Origin: Rubrivivax sp.
GTDB taxonomy: Bacteria; Pseudomonadota; Gammaproteobacteria; Burkholderiales; Burkholderiaceae_C
Direction: 5' to 3'
Length of the DNA: 64,000 nt
Assembly (NCBI GenBank): GCA_031392695.1
Contig: JANMVM010000106.1
Span: forward strand, 697-64,696
A program made the translations under genes and the position numbers. Positions 42,416 through 51,388 of the stretch are shown here, piece by piece. The notes under the pieces were generated by a model. The model worked only from the letters and a program-made list of their open reading frames with translations, was not told where the DNA came from and did no database searches. The first letter of the stretch is position 1. Every line of letters begins with the position of its first letter.

Positions 42416-43297
42416 ATGAATCGCAAAGGCATCGTCCTCGCCGGGGGCTCCGGCACCCGGCTGCACCCGGCCACGCTGGCCATGAGCAAGCAACTGCTGC
42501 CGGTGTATGACAAACCAATGGTGTACTACCCCTTGTCGACGCTGATGCTGGCCGGCATCCGCGACGTGCTCGTCATCAGCACGCCGCAGGACACGCCGCG
42601 CTTCGAGGCACTGCTGGGCGACGGCAGCCGCTGGGGCATGAACCTGAGCTATTGCGTGCAACCCAGCCCCGACGGCTTGGCACAGGCCTTCATCCTGGGC
42701 CGCGGCTTCGTCGGCGGCGGGCCCAGCGCCCTGGTGCTGGGCGACAACATCTTCCACGGCCACGACCTGGCTTTGCAACTGGGGCGCGCCGACAAGCGCA
42801 CGGCGGGCGCGAGCGTCTTCGCCTACCACGTCACCGATCCCGAACGCTATGGCGTGGTCGAGTTCGACCCCCAGCGCCGCGCGCTCAGCATCGAGGAAAA
42901 GCCCAAGTCGCCGAAGAGCAACTACGCCGTCACGGGTCTGTATTTCTACGACGAGCAGGTGTGCGAGATCGCCGCGCGCATCAAACCCAGCGCGCGCGGT
43001 GAGCTCGAGATCACCGAGGTCAACGCCCAGTACCTGCGCCAGGACCAGCTCCATGTCGAGATCATGGGCCGCGGCTTCGCCTGGCTGGACACCGGTACCC
43101 ACGACAGCCTGCTCGAGGCGGGCCAGTTCATCGCCACGCTGGAAAAGCGCCAGGGTCTGAAGGTCGCCTGCCCGGAGGAGATCGCCTTTCGTGCCGGCTG
43201 GATCGACGCCAGCGCGATCGAGGCGCTGGCCGCGCCGATGCTCAAGAACAGCTACGGCCAGTACCTGATGCAACTGCTGCGCGAAAAGGCGTACTGA
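42416..43297 (+). CDS. rmlA: Glucose-1-phosphate thymidylyltransferase
   Basis: [40 protein letters not shown]. Confidence 0.96.
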   Translation: MNRKGIVLAGGSGTRLHPATLAMSKQLLPVYDKPMVYYPLSTLMLAGIRDVLVISTPQDTPRFEALLGDGSRWGMNLSYCVQPSPDGLAQAFILGRGFVGGGPSALVLGDNIFHGHDLALQLGRADKRTAGASVFAYHVTDPERYGVVEFDPQRRALSIEEKPKSPKSNYAVTGLYFYDEQVCEIAARIKPSARGELEITEVNAQYLRQDQLHVEIMGRGFAWLDTGTHDSLLEAGQFIATLEKRQGLKVACPEEIAFRAGWIDASAIEALAAPMLKNSYGQYLMQLLREKAY

Positions 43298-43299
43298 AC

Positions 43300-43875
43300 A
43301 TGAAACTCGTGCCCACCGCGCTGCCTGGCGTCGTCATCGTCGAGCCGGCCGTCTTTGGCGACGAGCGGGGCTGGTTCATGGAGAGCTTCAACGAGGCGCG
43401 CTGGCAATCGCAGCTGCAGGCGCTCGGACTGCCGCCCTCGCGCCGCTTCGTGCAGGACAACCACTCCTGCAGCCAGGCCGGCGTGCTGCGCGGCCTGCAC
43501 TACCAATTGCCGCCGCATGCCCAGGGCAAGCTGGTGCGCGTGACGGCCGGCTCGGCCTACGACGTGGCGGTGGACATCCGCCAGGGCTCGCCCACATTCG
43601 GCCACTGGGTGGGGACGCAGCTGGATGCCATCGACCACCGCCAACTCTGGATCCCCGAAGGCTTTGCACACGGCTTCATGGCACTCGAGGACAACACGCA
43701 CTTCCTCTACAAGACCACCGACGTCTACGCCAAGGACTGCGAGCGCAGCATCCGCTGGGACGATGCGCAACTGGCCATCCCCTGGCCCGTGTTGGCCGGC
43801 GCTCCGCGCCTGGCGCCCAAGGACGCAGCAGCGGTCCGCTTGGCCGAGGCCGATCTGCCGCCCTGGAGCGCCTAG
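43300..43875 (+). CDS. rmlC: dTDP-4-dehydrorhamnose 3,5-epimerase
   Basis: DERGWFMES, VQDNHS, GVLRGLH, GFAHGF. Confidence 0.95.
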   Translation: MKLVPTALPGVVIVEPAVFGDERGWFMESFNEARWQSQLQALGLPPSRRFVQDNHSCSQAGVLRGLHYQLPPHAQGKLVRVTAGSAYDVAVDIRQGSPTFGHWVGTQLDAIDHRQLWIPEGFAHGFMALEDNTHFLYKTTDVYAKDCERSIRWDDAQLAIPWPVLAGAPRLAPKDAAAVRLAEADLPPWSA

Positions 43876-43894
43876 AACAGGAGCTTCGGAAACG

Positions 43895-43923
43895 AAAAAA
43901 CCGCAGCCCAGGGCTGCGGTTTT
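43895..43923. terminator. Bidirectional Rho-independent terminator
   Basis: AAAAAA-CCGCAGCC-CAG-GGCTGCGG-TTTT between convergent rmlC and the csp gene. Confidence 0.85.
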
Positions 43924-43941
43924 GGCTCGGTGGCTGCAGCT

Positions 43942-44229
<288 letters not shown>

Positions 44230-44354
44230 TCAAGGAATCTGCAGAGAACCAAACCGAAGTCAGGACCCGAAGAAACCGTCAAACAACAATCTTGCTCAAA
44301 TCTACCTCGCTAATGTAGCCGCAAACGGCCCCGCAGCCCGGGGAAGCCCTAAAT

Positions 44355-45596
44355 TCAGGCTGCGACGGGGCGAGAGGCACACGGCGTCTTGTCGGTCGGC
44401 CGGGAGATCCGGCGCGGCGCCTTGTCGCGCCACAGCCGTCCCAGGGCCTGCACGGCTTGCGGCATCGGCTGGTGGTGGTTGCCAACGAAAAGGCCGTGGC
44501 TGTCCAGGTGCTGCGCGTGACGCAGGACACCATGGATCTGGTGGTCGAAATACTGCACCACCGGGTTCTTGGCGAAGTTGCCGGCGACCACGGGCCGACA
44601 CTCGAAGCCGGCTTGTCGCAGGTCGGCGACCAGTTCGCGCCGCGTCCTGCGCACGCCCGGCTTGATGACGAGACTGAAACCGAACCAGCTGCTGCGGCCG
44701 ATTTCGCGCTGCATCATCAGGCAGGGATGGTCGGCCATCACCGTTTGCAGTTCGCGCGCGTTCTCGCGCCGCGCAGCAATGAGGCCCGGCAGACGCTTGG
44801 CCTGCTCGATGCCGAGCGCCCCCGACATCTCGAGCGGCCGCATGTTGTAGCCCGGCAGCACGAAGCGAAACGATTCCTCGAAGGGATCGGCGCTCTTGGT
44901 GCCGCAGACGTGATTGTGCTCGGGCAGGTTGCGCGTCCAGCCATGCGCCCGCAGGCACAGCATGATGTGGTGGAGCTCCTCGTCGTCGGTCACCACCATG
45001 CCGCCTTCCATGGTCGAGATGTGGTGCGAGAAGAAGGCGCTGAAGCTGCCCATGACACCGAAGGTGCCGGTGTGCTTGCCCCCCAGGGTGGCGCCCATCG
45101 ATTCGCAGTTGTCCTCGATGAGCACGATGTCGCGGCCTGCGGTGAGCGTGCGGATGGCGTCGAAATCGTTGGGGTTGCCCAGCAGGTTGACGGCCATGAT
45201 GGCGCGCGTGCGCGTCGTGATCGCCGTCTGCAGTTGCTCGAGGTCGAAGTTGAGCGTGTGCGGATCGATGTCGACGAACTTCAGGCGCAGCCCATACTGG
45301 TACAGCGGCGAGTAGGTGGTGCTCCACGACACCGCCGGCACGATGACCTCGTCGCCACGCTGCAGCCGCAGCCGCGGATTGCGGGTGAAGAACAGCGCCG
45401 CCACCATCAGCAGGTTGGCCGAGGAGCCGGAGTTGACCATGACGCAGTGGCGGCTGCCCGTGTAGCGCGCGAAGTCGCTCTCGAAGGTGGCCACCCTTTC
45501 GCCCATCGTGAAGTGGCCCTTGGCAATGACCGCCTGCAGGGCCTCGTACTCTTCGGGACCCCAGGAAGACTTGGCCAGCGGGAATCGGAAGTTCAT
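44355..45596 (-). CDS. colD: GDP-4-keto-6-deoxy-D-mannose 3-dehydratase (ColD-like, DegT/DnrJ fold)
   Basis: PLP fold with FSAFFSHHISTMEGG: His at the position of the catalytic Lys, the ColD hallmark. Also FPLAKSSW N-terminus, VNSGSSANL, GYNMRP. Confidence 0.85.
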   Translation of the reverse strand: MNFRFPLAKSSWGPEEYEALQAVIAKGHFTMGERVATFESDFARYTGSRHCVMVNSGSSANLLMVAALFFTRNPRLRLQRGDEVIVPAVSWSTTYSPLYQYGLRLKFVDIDPHTLNFDLEQLQTAITTRTRAIMAVNLLGNPNDFDAIRTLTAGRDIVLIEDNCESMGATLGGKHTGTFGVMGSFSAFFSHHISTMEGGMVVTDDEELHHIMLCLRAHGWTRNLPEHNHVCGTKSADPFEESFRFVLPGYNMRPLEMSGALGIEQAKRLPGLIAARRENARELQTVMADHPCLMMQREIGRSSWFGFSLVIKPGVRRTRRELVADLRQAGFECRPVVAGNFAKNPVVQYFDHQIHGVLRHAQHLDSHGLFVGNHHQPMPQAVQALGRLWRDKAPRRISRPTDKTPCASRPVAA

Positions 45597-46534
45597 GGCT
45601 GCTCCATTGCAAGGAAGTAGGCGTAACAGCGCGCCAGGCCTTCGTCCAGGGTGTGGCGCGGCGCCCAGCCCCAGGCGGTCTGGCGCGACACGTCCACGAG
45701 CTTGCGTTGCATGCCCACCGGGCGACCGAGGTCGTGCCTGAAGTCTCCCGCCCAGCCGACCACGCGGGCCACGGCGGCGTAGTAGTCGTTGACCGAGTGG
45801 TCGCGCCCCAGGCCGATGTTCATCAGCTCGGGCGCGCTGTGGCCCTGACTGACGTGGCGCACCACTGCGTCGGCCAGATCGGCGGCATCCATGAACTCGC
45901 GACGCGCCGTGCCGTCGCCCCAGATGTCGACGCTGCTCGCGCCGCTGCGCATGGCGCGGTGGACCTTGAGCAGCGCGGCGGCCACGAGGTGCGAGCGCTC
46001 GGGCTCGAAGTGGTCGTAGCGGCCGTAGAGGTTGCACGGGATGAGCGTGCGGTACTCCAGCGTCGGCTCCTGCCGTCGCAGGTACATGCACAGGCGTGCG
46101 GCGTAGATCTTGGCCAGGGCGTAACCTTCGTTGGTGGGCTCAAGCTCGCCCTGAAGCACCTGCTCCTCGCGCAGCGGATTCGTACCGCCGCGCGGGTACA
46201 TGCAGGAGCTGCCCAGGTTGATCAGCTGCGGCACGCCGCAGGCCTGCGCCGCGAGGATCACGTTGCGGCCGATGTCGACGTTGCGCACGAGAAAGTCCAC
46301 CGGCCGCGCGATGTTGGCGTGGATGCCGCCGACCAGTCCGGCAGCGTGGATCACTACCTGCGGGCGCACATCGCGCATGAAGGCCTGCACCGCGTCGCCG
46401 CGCTCCAGGTCCAGTTCGGCGCGGCGGGGCGCCATCAGTTGCCAGGCGCGGGCGCCTGCGTGCTCGCTGATGTTGCGGCCAACCATGCCAGCGCCGCCCG
46501 TGAGCAGGACACGCAAGGCTTGCGGCGAGCTCAT
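45593..46534 (-). CDS. GDP-sugar epimerase/reductase (WcaG/Fcl family; ColC-like given ColD adjacency)
   Basis: TGGAGMVG, AGLVGGIHAN, LGSSCMYP, TNEGYALAK, PCNLYG, WGDGTARREF. Confidence 0.88.
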   Translation of the reverse strand: MSSPQALRVLLTGGAGMVGRNISEHAGARAWQLMAPRRAELDLERGDAVQAFMRDVRPQVVIHAAGLVGGIHANIARPVDFLVRNVDIGRNVILAAQACGVPQLINLGSSCMYPRGGTNPLREEQVLQGELEPTNEGYALAKIYAARLCMYLRRQEPTLEYRTLIPCNLYGRYDHFEPERSHLVAAALLKVHRAMRSGASSVDIWGDGTARREFMDAADLADAVVRHVSQGHSAPELMNIGLGRDHSVNDYYAAVARVVGWAGDFRHDLGRPVGMQRKLVDVSRQTAWGWAPRHTLDEGLARCYAYFLAMEQP

Positions 46535-46659
46535 TTCGCCTCCGCGGCCGGCCGGTGGCCGTGCGTGCCAGTCCCGCGGCCTGCGGTAGCCCGGCAAGGA
46601 ACGTCCTGGCCGGTGATGCCGGTGATCAGTGCGGTCTTGCCGCTGCGGGAGGATGTCAT
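46531..46659 (-). pseudogene. gmd: GDP-mannose 4,6-dehydratase remnant (large internal deletion)
   Basis: MTSSRSGKTALITGITGQD (Gmd N-terminus) followed by 23 unrelated codons and a TGA overlapping the downstream ATG. Upstream AAAGGA RBS intact. Confidence 0.8.
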
Positions 46660-46829
46660 CGGGGGGGAGTCCTTTGCTCGGCACCCCCGCGCCGACAGCC
46701 TGGCCCTGGCCTGGCGGGCCCGGACTGAACTGCAGCCGCTGGCTCGCCGGCCCGTCCTGCGCGGAGGTGCTGCCTAGTGTGGTTCGACCCCGCCGTTGGT
46801 GATGCCTCGAGATCGACCTCTTTTCGCGC

Positions 46830-47507
46830 CTAGTTCCGCCGCGGGCGGATGCGAAAGCCGAACTGCAGGAAGCGCGTGTCGCCCTGGCCTCGCAGCGTCG
46901 CCAGCTCAAGCAGCGCCAGCGTCGCTGCCCAGCGCAAGCGCCCAGGCCAGGGGGAATGGGCGATGATGCTGTTGAGCCCCACCAGGGCTTCGACCTCGAA
47001 GCCCTGTTCGACCACGGTGCGCTCAAGACTGCGCGCGGTGAAGAAACGCAAGTGGGTACGGTCGAGCACGCCTTCGTCGGCGTAGGCCCAGTCCTTGTGC
47101 AAGACGAGTTGCAGCAGGTTCGGCAGGTAGCGCACGTTGGGCACCGAGCCGACCATCACCGCGCCCGGCGCCATCTTGGCCTGCACGGCCTGCAGGAAGG
47201 CCTCGGGGTTGGCCATGTGCTCGATGACGTCGTTGCAGATCACGAGGTCGAAATGGCGATCGGGCAGGCGGCTCGCGACGTCTTCGAAGGTGCCGTGGAT
47301 GACCTCGTCCAGCACCGCGCGCGCTTCGTCGGCAGCGCCGGCGGCGGGCTCGATGCCCCAGTAGCTCTGGCGCTGCGGCACCTGGGCTGCAAAGCGCCCG
47401 GCACCGCAGCCGACTTCGAGCACGTGGGTGCTGCGCGCGGGCAGCAGCGCAGCGACTTCAGGGCGCGGGTTGGCGAAGTACGCGGGCTTAGGGCGGTTGG
47501 CTGGCAC
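46830..47507 (-). CDS. Class I SAM-dependent methyltransferase
   Basis: VLEVGCGAG motif I, DLVICNDVIEH, THLRFFT. Confidence 0.88.
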   Translation of the reverse strand: MPANRPKPAYFANPRPEVAALLPARSTHVLEVGCGAGRFAAQVPQRQSYWGIEPAAGAADEARAVLDEVIHGTFEDVASRLPDRHFDLVICNDVIEHMANPEAFLQAVQAKMAPGAVMVGSVPNVRYLPNLLQLVLHKDWAYADEGVLDRTHLRFFTARSLERTVVEQGFEVEALVGLNSIIAHSPWPGRLRWAATLALLELATLRGQGDTRFLQFGFRIRPRRN

Positions 47508-47555
47508 GGCGGGGTCCTCGCGGGTGGAGCGGCGACGGGTCTTCGGGCACTCGGC

Positions 47556-49049
47556 TCAGGGCTGCGACGACGCGCGTCGCTGCCAGAGCTGGCGCAGGCG
47601 CAGACGCTCGGCTGGTAGCAGCATCGCCTGCCAGCCGTAGGCAACGAACAGCAGGCCGCCGATGAGCACCACCGCCAGCGCGGCAGCCCAGGTGCGGCAC
47701 GGCTGCGCCGCGGCAAAGAGCGCCCCGGCGACGGCGGCCGGCAGCCCGGCGCGCCACCAGGGCCAGGGCCCGGACACCAGGCTGCGGCGCGCCAGCGCGA
47801 AGACGGCCGCTGCGTCGAGCGCGAAGCGCAGGGTCGCGGCCGCCGCCGTGCCCACGATGCCCCAGCGCGAGGTCAGCGCCCACAGCAGCAGCAGGAACAG
47901 CGGCAGCTCCAGCGCATGCAGCAAGGCCATGTCGCGCGGCCGGCCGGCGGCCTGGATCAGCGTCGCCGGCCCTTGCGTGAGGGCGTTGAGAAACATACCG
48001 ACGATCAGGATCTGCAGGACGGCCGCAGCCTGCGGCCCGATCTCGGGGCCCAGCCACGCGCCCATCGCCGGCTGGGCCAGCGCCATGGCCATGAACATCA
48101 TCGGCAGGCTGGTCAAGAACAGATAGCGGCTGATGTCGGACAGGGCCGCGCCCGCTTGCGGGCTGCGCGGCACCAGGGCCGTGGCGCGCGGGAAGTACGC
48201 CGCCACCACCGCATACGGGACCACCATGATCCTGCTGGCCAGATCGTAGGGCGCCGAGTAGATGCCCACGGCGCGCAAGGGCACGAGGGTGGCGATGAGC
48301 AGTCGGTCGAGGTAGGTCAGCAACGGCCCGATGAGGTTGGACACGCTCATCCAGCCGCCCAGCGCCAGCAACTCGCGCGTGAACTCCCGCTGCGGCCACG
48401 CCGGCCACCAGCGAAAGCCGAAACGGCGCCGGCACGACGCCGCAAAGGCCCAGGTGCCCACCACGCGCAGCGCCAGGATCGTTGCCACCACGACCGGCAA
48501 GTCCACCCCACCGGCCAGCGCCACGGCCAGCGGCAGCGCATAGCTCAGCATGCTGAAGGTCGCCCGGATCAGGTTCAGCGATTTGAAGTCCTGGTGCGCG
48601 GTGAGCACGCCCGCATAGCCGCTGGTCAGCATCACGAAGGGCAGCGACAGCGCCAGCAGCCACAGCGCCTGCAGCGCCTCGGCCTCGAGCGCCGGCGGCA
48701 CCCTCAGCGCGCGCTGCACGAGCCAAGGCGCCAGCAGCGCCGCCGCTGCGCCCATCAACAGCCCGAACAGCAGCAGGAAAGTCAGGCCCGTGCGAGCGCT
48801 GTCCGCGGCGCCGGCCGCGTCGTCGCGCGCCAGCCGCGACGACACGGTGCGGATGACGGCGCGGCCGATGCCCAGGTCGAACAAGCTGGCATAACCGATC
48901 AGCACCCAGGCCAGCGCGATGAAGCCAAAGCGCTCGAGGCCGACGAGCCTGATCAGCCAGGGAATGCAGACCAGTGCTACCGCGAGCGGCAGCACCTGCC
49001 CGGCCAGGTTCCAGGCCGTCCCCGACAGCAGTCGGTGGCCCGGCTTCAC
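47556..49049 (-). CDS. wzx: Wzx flippase
   Basis: WNLAGQ, ERFGFIAL, DLGIG, DRLLIA...GIYSAPY, ~12-14 TM helices. Probable GTG start. Confidence 0.88.
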   Translation of the reverse strand: MKPGHRLLSGTAWNLAGQVLPLAVALVCIPWLIRLVGLERFGFIALAWVLIGYASLFDLGIGRAVIRTVSSRLARDDAAGAADSARTGLTFLLLFGLLMGAAAALLAPWLVQRALRVPPALEAEALQALWLLALSLPFVMLTSGYAGVLTAHQDFKSLNLIRATFSMLSYALPLAVALAGGVDLPVVVATILALRVVGTWAFAASCRRRFGFRWWPAWPQREFTRELLALGGWMSVSNLIGPLLTYLDRLLIATLVPLRAVGIYSAPYDLASRIMVVPYAVVAAYFPRATALVPRSPQAGAALSDISRYLFLTSLPMMFMAMALAQPAMGAWLGPEIGPQAAAVLQILIVGMFLNALTQGPATLIQAAGRPRDMALLHALELPLFLLLLWALTSRWGIVGTAAAATLRFALDAAAVFALARRSLVSGPWPWWRAGLPAAVAGALFAAAQPCRTWAAALAVVLIGGLLFVAYGWQAMLLPAERLRLRQLWQRRASSQP

Positions 49050-49216
49050 GGCCTGCCGCCGCGGCCGTGGCCCGGCCCGCGGATCTGTGTGCAAGGGTGT
49101 CGGCAGGCTTCATCAGCGGCCGCGGCAGCCGATATCCAGAGCACAGACCCGGTAAGCATCGCGCCGCGCCGCCACGCCGGGTCGGGCTCTTCCACGCAAG
49201 TCCGGCGCTGCACCCC

Positions 49217-50119
49217 ATGGCCTACACTCGTCTGCACCCTGTTGCCATGGCGCTGCTCACCGCACTCACCTGCCTGACCGTGGCCGCTTGCGGCGGCGGC
49301 GGCGGCAGCGCTGCGGACGAGCCGATCACCGACGCCGTGCTGGTTGCCCAGGCCACGCCGCCGCGCACCGCTGCCGGCGCGCCTTCGGGGCCGGCCACCT
49401 TTGCTGTCGCAGCGGACGCCGTGTCCGACATCGCGCGCCCCTTCGGCACCCGACACGAAGCACTGGCCGAAGGCGTGCCGCTGTCCTTCGACTGGGCGCA
49501 GGCCAGCCGGCTTGGGCGCGGCCATGCCGTGCCGGCCGGCTTCGGCGCCATCACCGGCTGGGGCCAGGTGTTCTGGCAGGCGGGCGCAACGACCACCAGC
49601 CACGCCGCGGAAATCCGCGCCCACCAGACCTACGTCTGCAGCGGGCCAACCCGCCAATGGTCGCGCCTGCAGCAGGGCAGCGTCGAAGGCGCTGCCTTCC
49701 GGCCCGACTTTGCCGGCAACGAGTCCGTGCCCGCCAACGTCCTCACCGCGGCCGACGGCCAGGTGCGCGTGACCTTCCCTGCTGCCCGCGCATTCCACTA
49801 CTGGCCGCGCCAGGGGCGCGCGGCGCTCGCCAGCGAGACACTGTGCGGCGTGCTGGTGCTGTTCCAGGCCCGCGCGGTGGCCGGCGACGGCGCGGCCCTG
49901 CCCGCGACCGCCACGCCGCCGCTGCTGATCGGCGCCGGGGCCGATTACTGGACCACGACCACTGCGGCCTGGAACCAGTACCAGACCAACCAGGACGTCG
50001 GCATCGGCCAGTTGCGCCGCCTGACACCGGTCTGGCGCTGGTACGGCCTGAACACGGCCGAGACGGCCGACCTCCAGCGCCTGCAGCGCGAAGGTTATGT
50101 GGATCGCTCGACGCCCTGA
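49217..50119 (+). CDS. Uncharacterised secreted lipoprotein (Trp-rich)
   Basis: Lipobox-like VAAC-GGGGG. Motifs FDW, TGWGQVFW, FHYWP, GADYW, VWRWYG. Opposite strand to its neighbours. Confidence 0.75.
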   Translation: MAYTRLHPVAMALLTALTCLTVAACGGGGGSAADEPITDAVLVAQATPPRTAAGAPSGPATFAVAADAVSDIARPFGTRHEALAEGVPLSFDWAQASRLGRGHAVPAGFGAITGWGQVFWQAGATTTSHAAEIRAHQTYVCSGPTRQWSRLQQGSVEGAAFRPDFAGNESVPANVLTAADGQVRVTFPAARAFHYWPRQGRAALASETLCGVLVLFQARAVAGDGAALPATATPPLLIGAGADYWTTTTAAWNQYQTNQDVGIGQLRRLTPVWRWYGLNTAETADLQRLQREGYVDRSTP

Positions 50120-50125
50120 CACGGC

Positions 50126-51388
50126 TCAGCGGGCCGGTGCGCCGGCCGCCAACAGCGCCACCGGCAGGCGCACGCCCAGGCGGCTGTAGAGGGCCAGCAT
50201 GGCCTGGGTGTAGCCGGCGCGCGAGAACCGCGCCGCCACCTGCCGCCGCGCCTCGGCGCCCATGGCGGCCAGGCGCTCGTTGCTGCAGCCCTGGACCTGC
50301 GCCAGCCGCAGCGCCAGCGCGTCGACCGAGCCGCTGTCGAAGAGCCAGCCGGTGCTGTCGTGCTCGATCAGTTCAGGGATGCCGCCGATGCGCGCGCCGA
50401 CCACCGGCTTGCCCAGCGCCAGGCCCTCGATCACGCTCATGGGAGCGTTTTCGTACCACTCCGAGGGCAACACCACGCAGCGCGACTGGCGCACCAACTC
50501 GTGCAGCGCCGCGCCCGACTGGAAGCCCACAAAGTCCACCGGCGCATCCAGTGATTGCGCCAGCGCGCGCAGCGCGGCTTCCTCGGGTCCGCTACCGGCG
50601 ATCCTGAGCGGCATGCCGGCGCGCTGGGCGGCGCGGATCAGCGTCGCGACGCCCTTTTCCGGCGCCAGGCGGCCGAAGTACAGCGCATAGCTGCCGGGGC
50701 TGAACTGCGGCACGAAGGTCTCGACATCGACGAAATTGGGGATCACCTCCAGCTGTGCCGGGTCCCAGCCCCATTCGACGAACTTGTCGCGGAAGAAGCG
50801 GCTCGGGCAGACCACCGCCGAGAGGTGGCGCTGCCAGGTCTGCAGCATGCGGTGCAGGCCGCTTTCCACTGCCACCACGACGCTGGCGGCGAGCGAGTTG
50901 CGCACGCAGCGGTGGCGCACCACGTTGAGCACCGAGCCGGTCTTGCAGCGCTCGCAGATGCCGCCGCGGTTGAGCATCTTGTAGGCCGGGCAGGCGATCT
51001 TCAGGTCGTGCGCCGTCATCACCACCGGGATGCCGCGCTGCGTCAACAGCGGCAGGATCGCCGGCGACAGGTGGTGGTAGATGCAGTGCAGGTGCGCGAC
51101 GTCGGCCGCAAAACGGTCGAGCAGCCGGCCGAGCTTGCGCTGCGCCTCCAGCGAATAGACCACCTTGGTGGCCATGGCCAGCTTCTGGCCCAGGCCATAA
51201 GGCTGCCCGAACTCGAGCTCGTCGATGAAGTCCACGCTCCAGGGCGTGGGCTCGTTGCGCGGGTGGTGCATCGAGAAGTAGCCGACCTCGAAGCCCAGCG
51301 CCTGCATCAGCGCCGCGTGCTCGAAGTACACCACGTCGGCGCCGCCGCGCCGGTAGTGGTAGTTGTTGACGTTGAGCAGGCGCGTCAT
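50126..51388 (-). CDS. Glycosyltransferase family 4
   Basis: NNYHYRRGGA, YFGRLAPEKG, EWYENAPMSVIE (E-x7-E), GGIPE. Confidence 0.9.
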   Translation of the reverse strand: MTRLLNVNNYHYRRGGADVVYFEHAALMQALGFEVGYFSMHHPRNEPTPWSVDFIDELEFGQPYGLGQKLAMATKVVYSLEAQRKLGRLLDRFAADVAHLHCIYHHLSPAILPLLTQRGIPVVMTAHDLKIACPAYKMLNRGGICERCKTGSVLNVVRHRCVRNSLAASVVVAVESGLHRMLQTWQRHLSAVVCPSRFFRDKFVEWGWDPAQLEVIPNFVDVETFVPQFSPGSYALYFGRLAPEKGVATLIRAAQRAGMPLRIAGSGPEEAALRALAQSLDAPVDFVGFQSGAALHELVRQSRCVVLPSEWYENAPMSVIEGLALGKPVVGARIGGIPELIEHDSTGWLFDSGSVDALALRLAQVQGCSNERLAAMGAEARRQVAARFSRAGYTQAMLALYSRLGVRLPVALLAAGAPAR

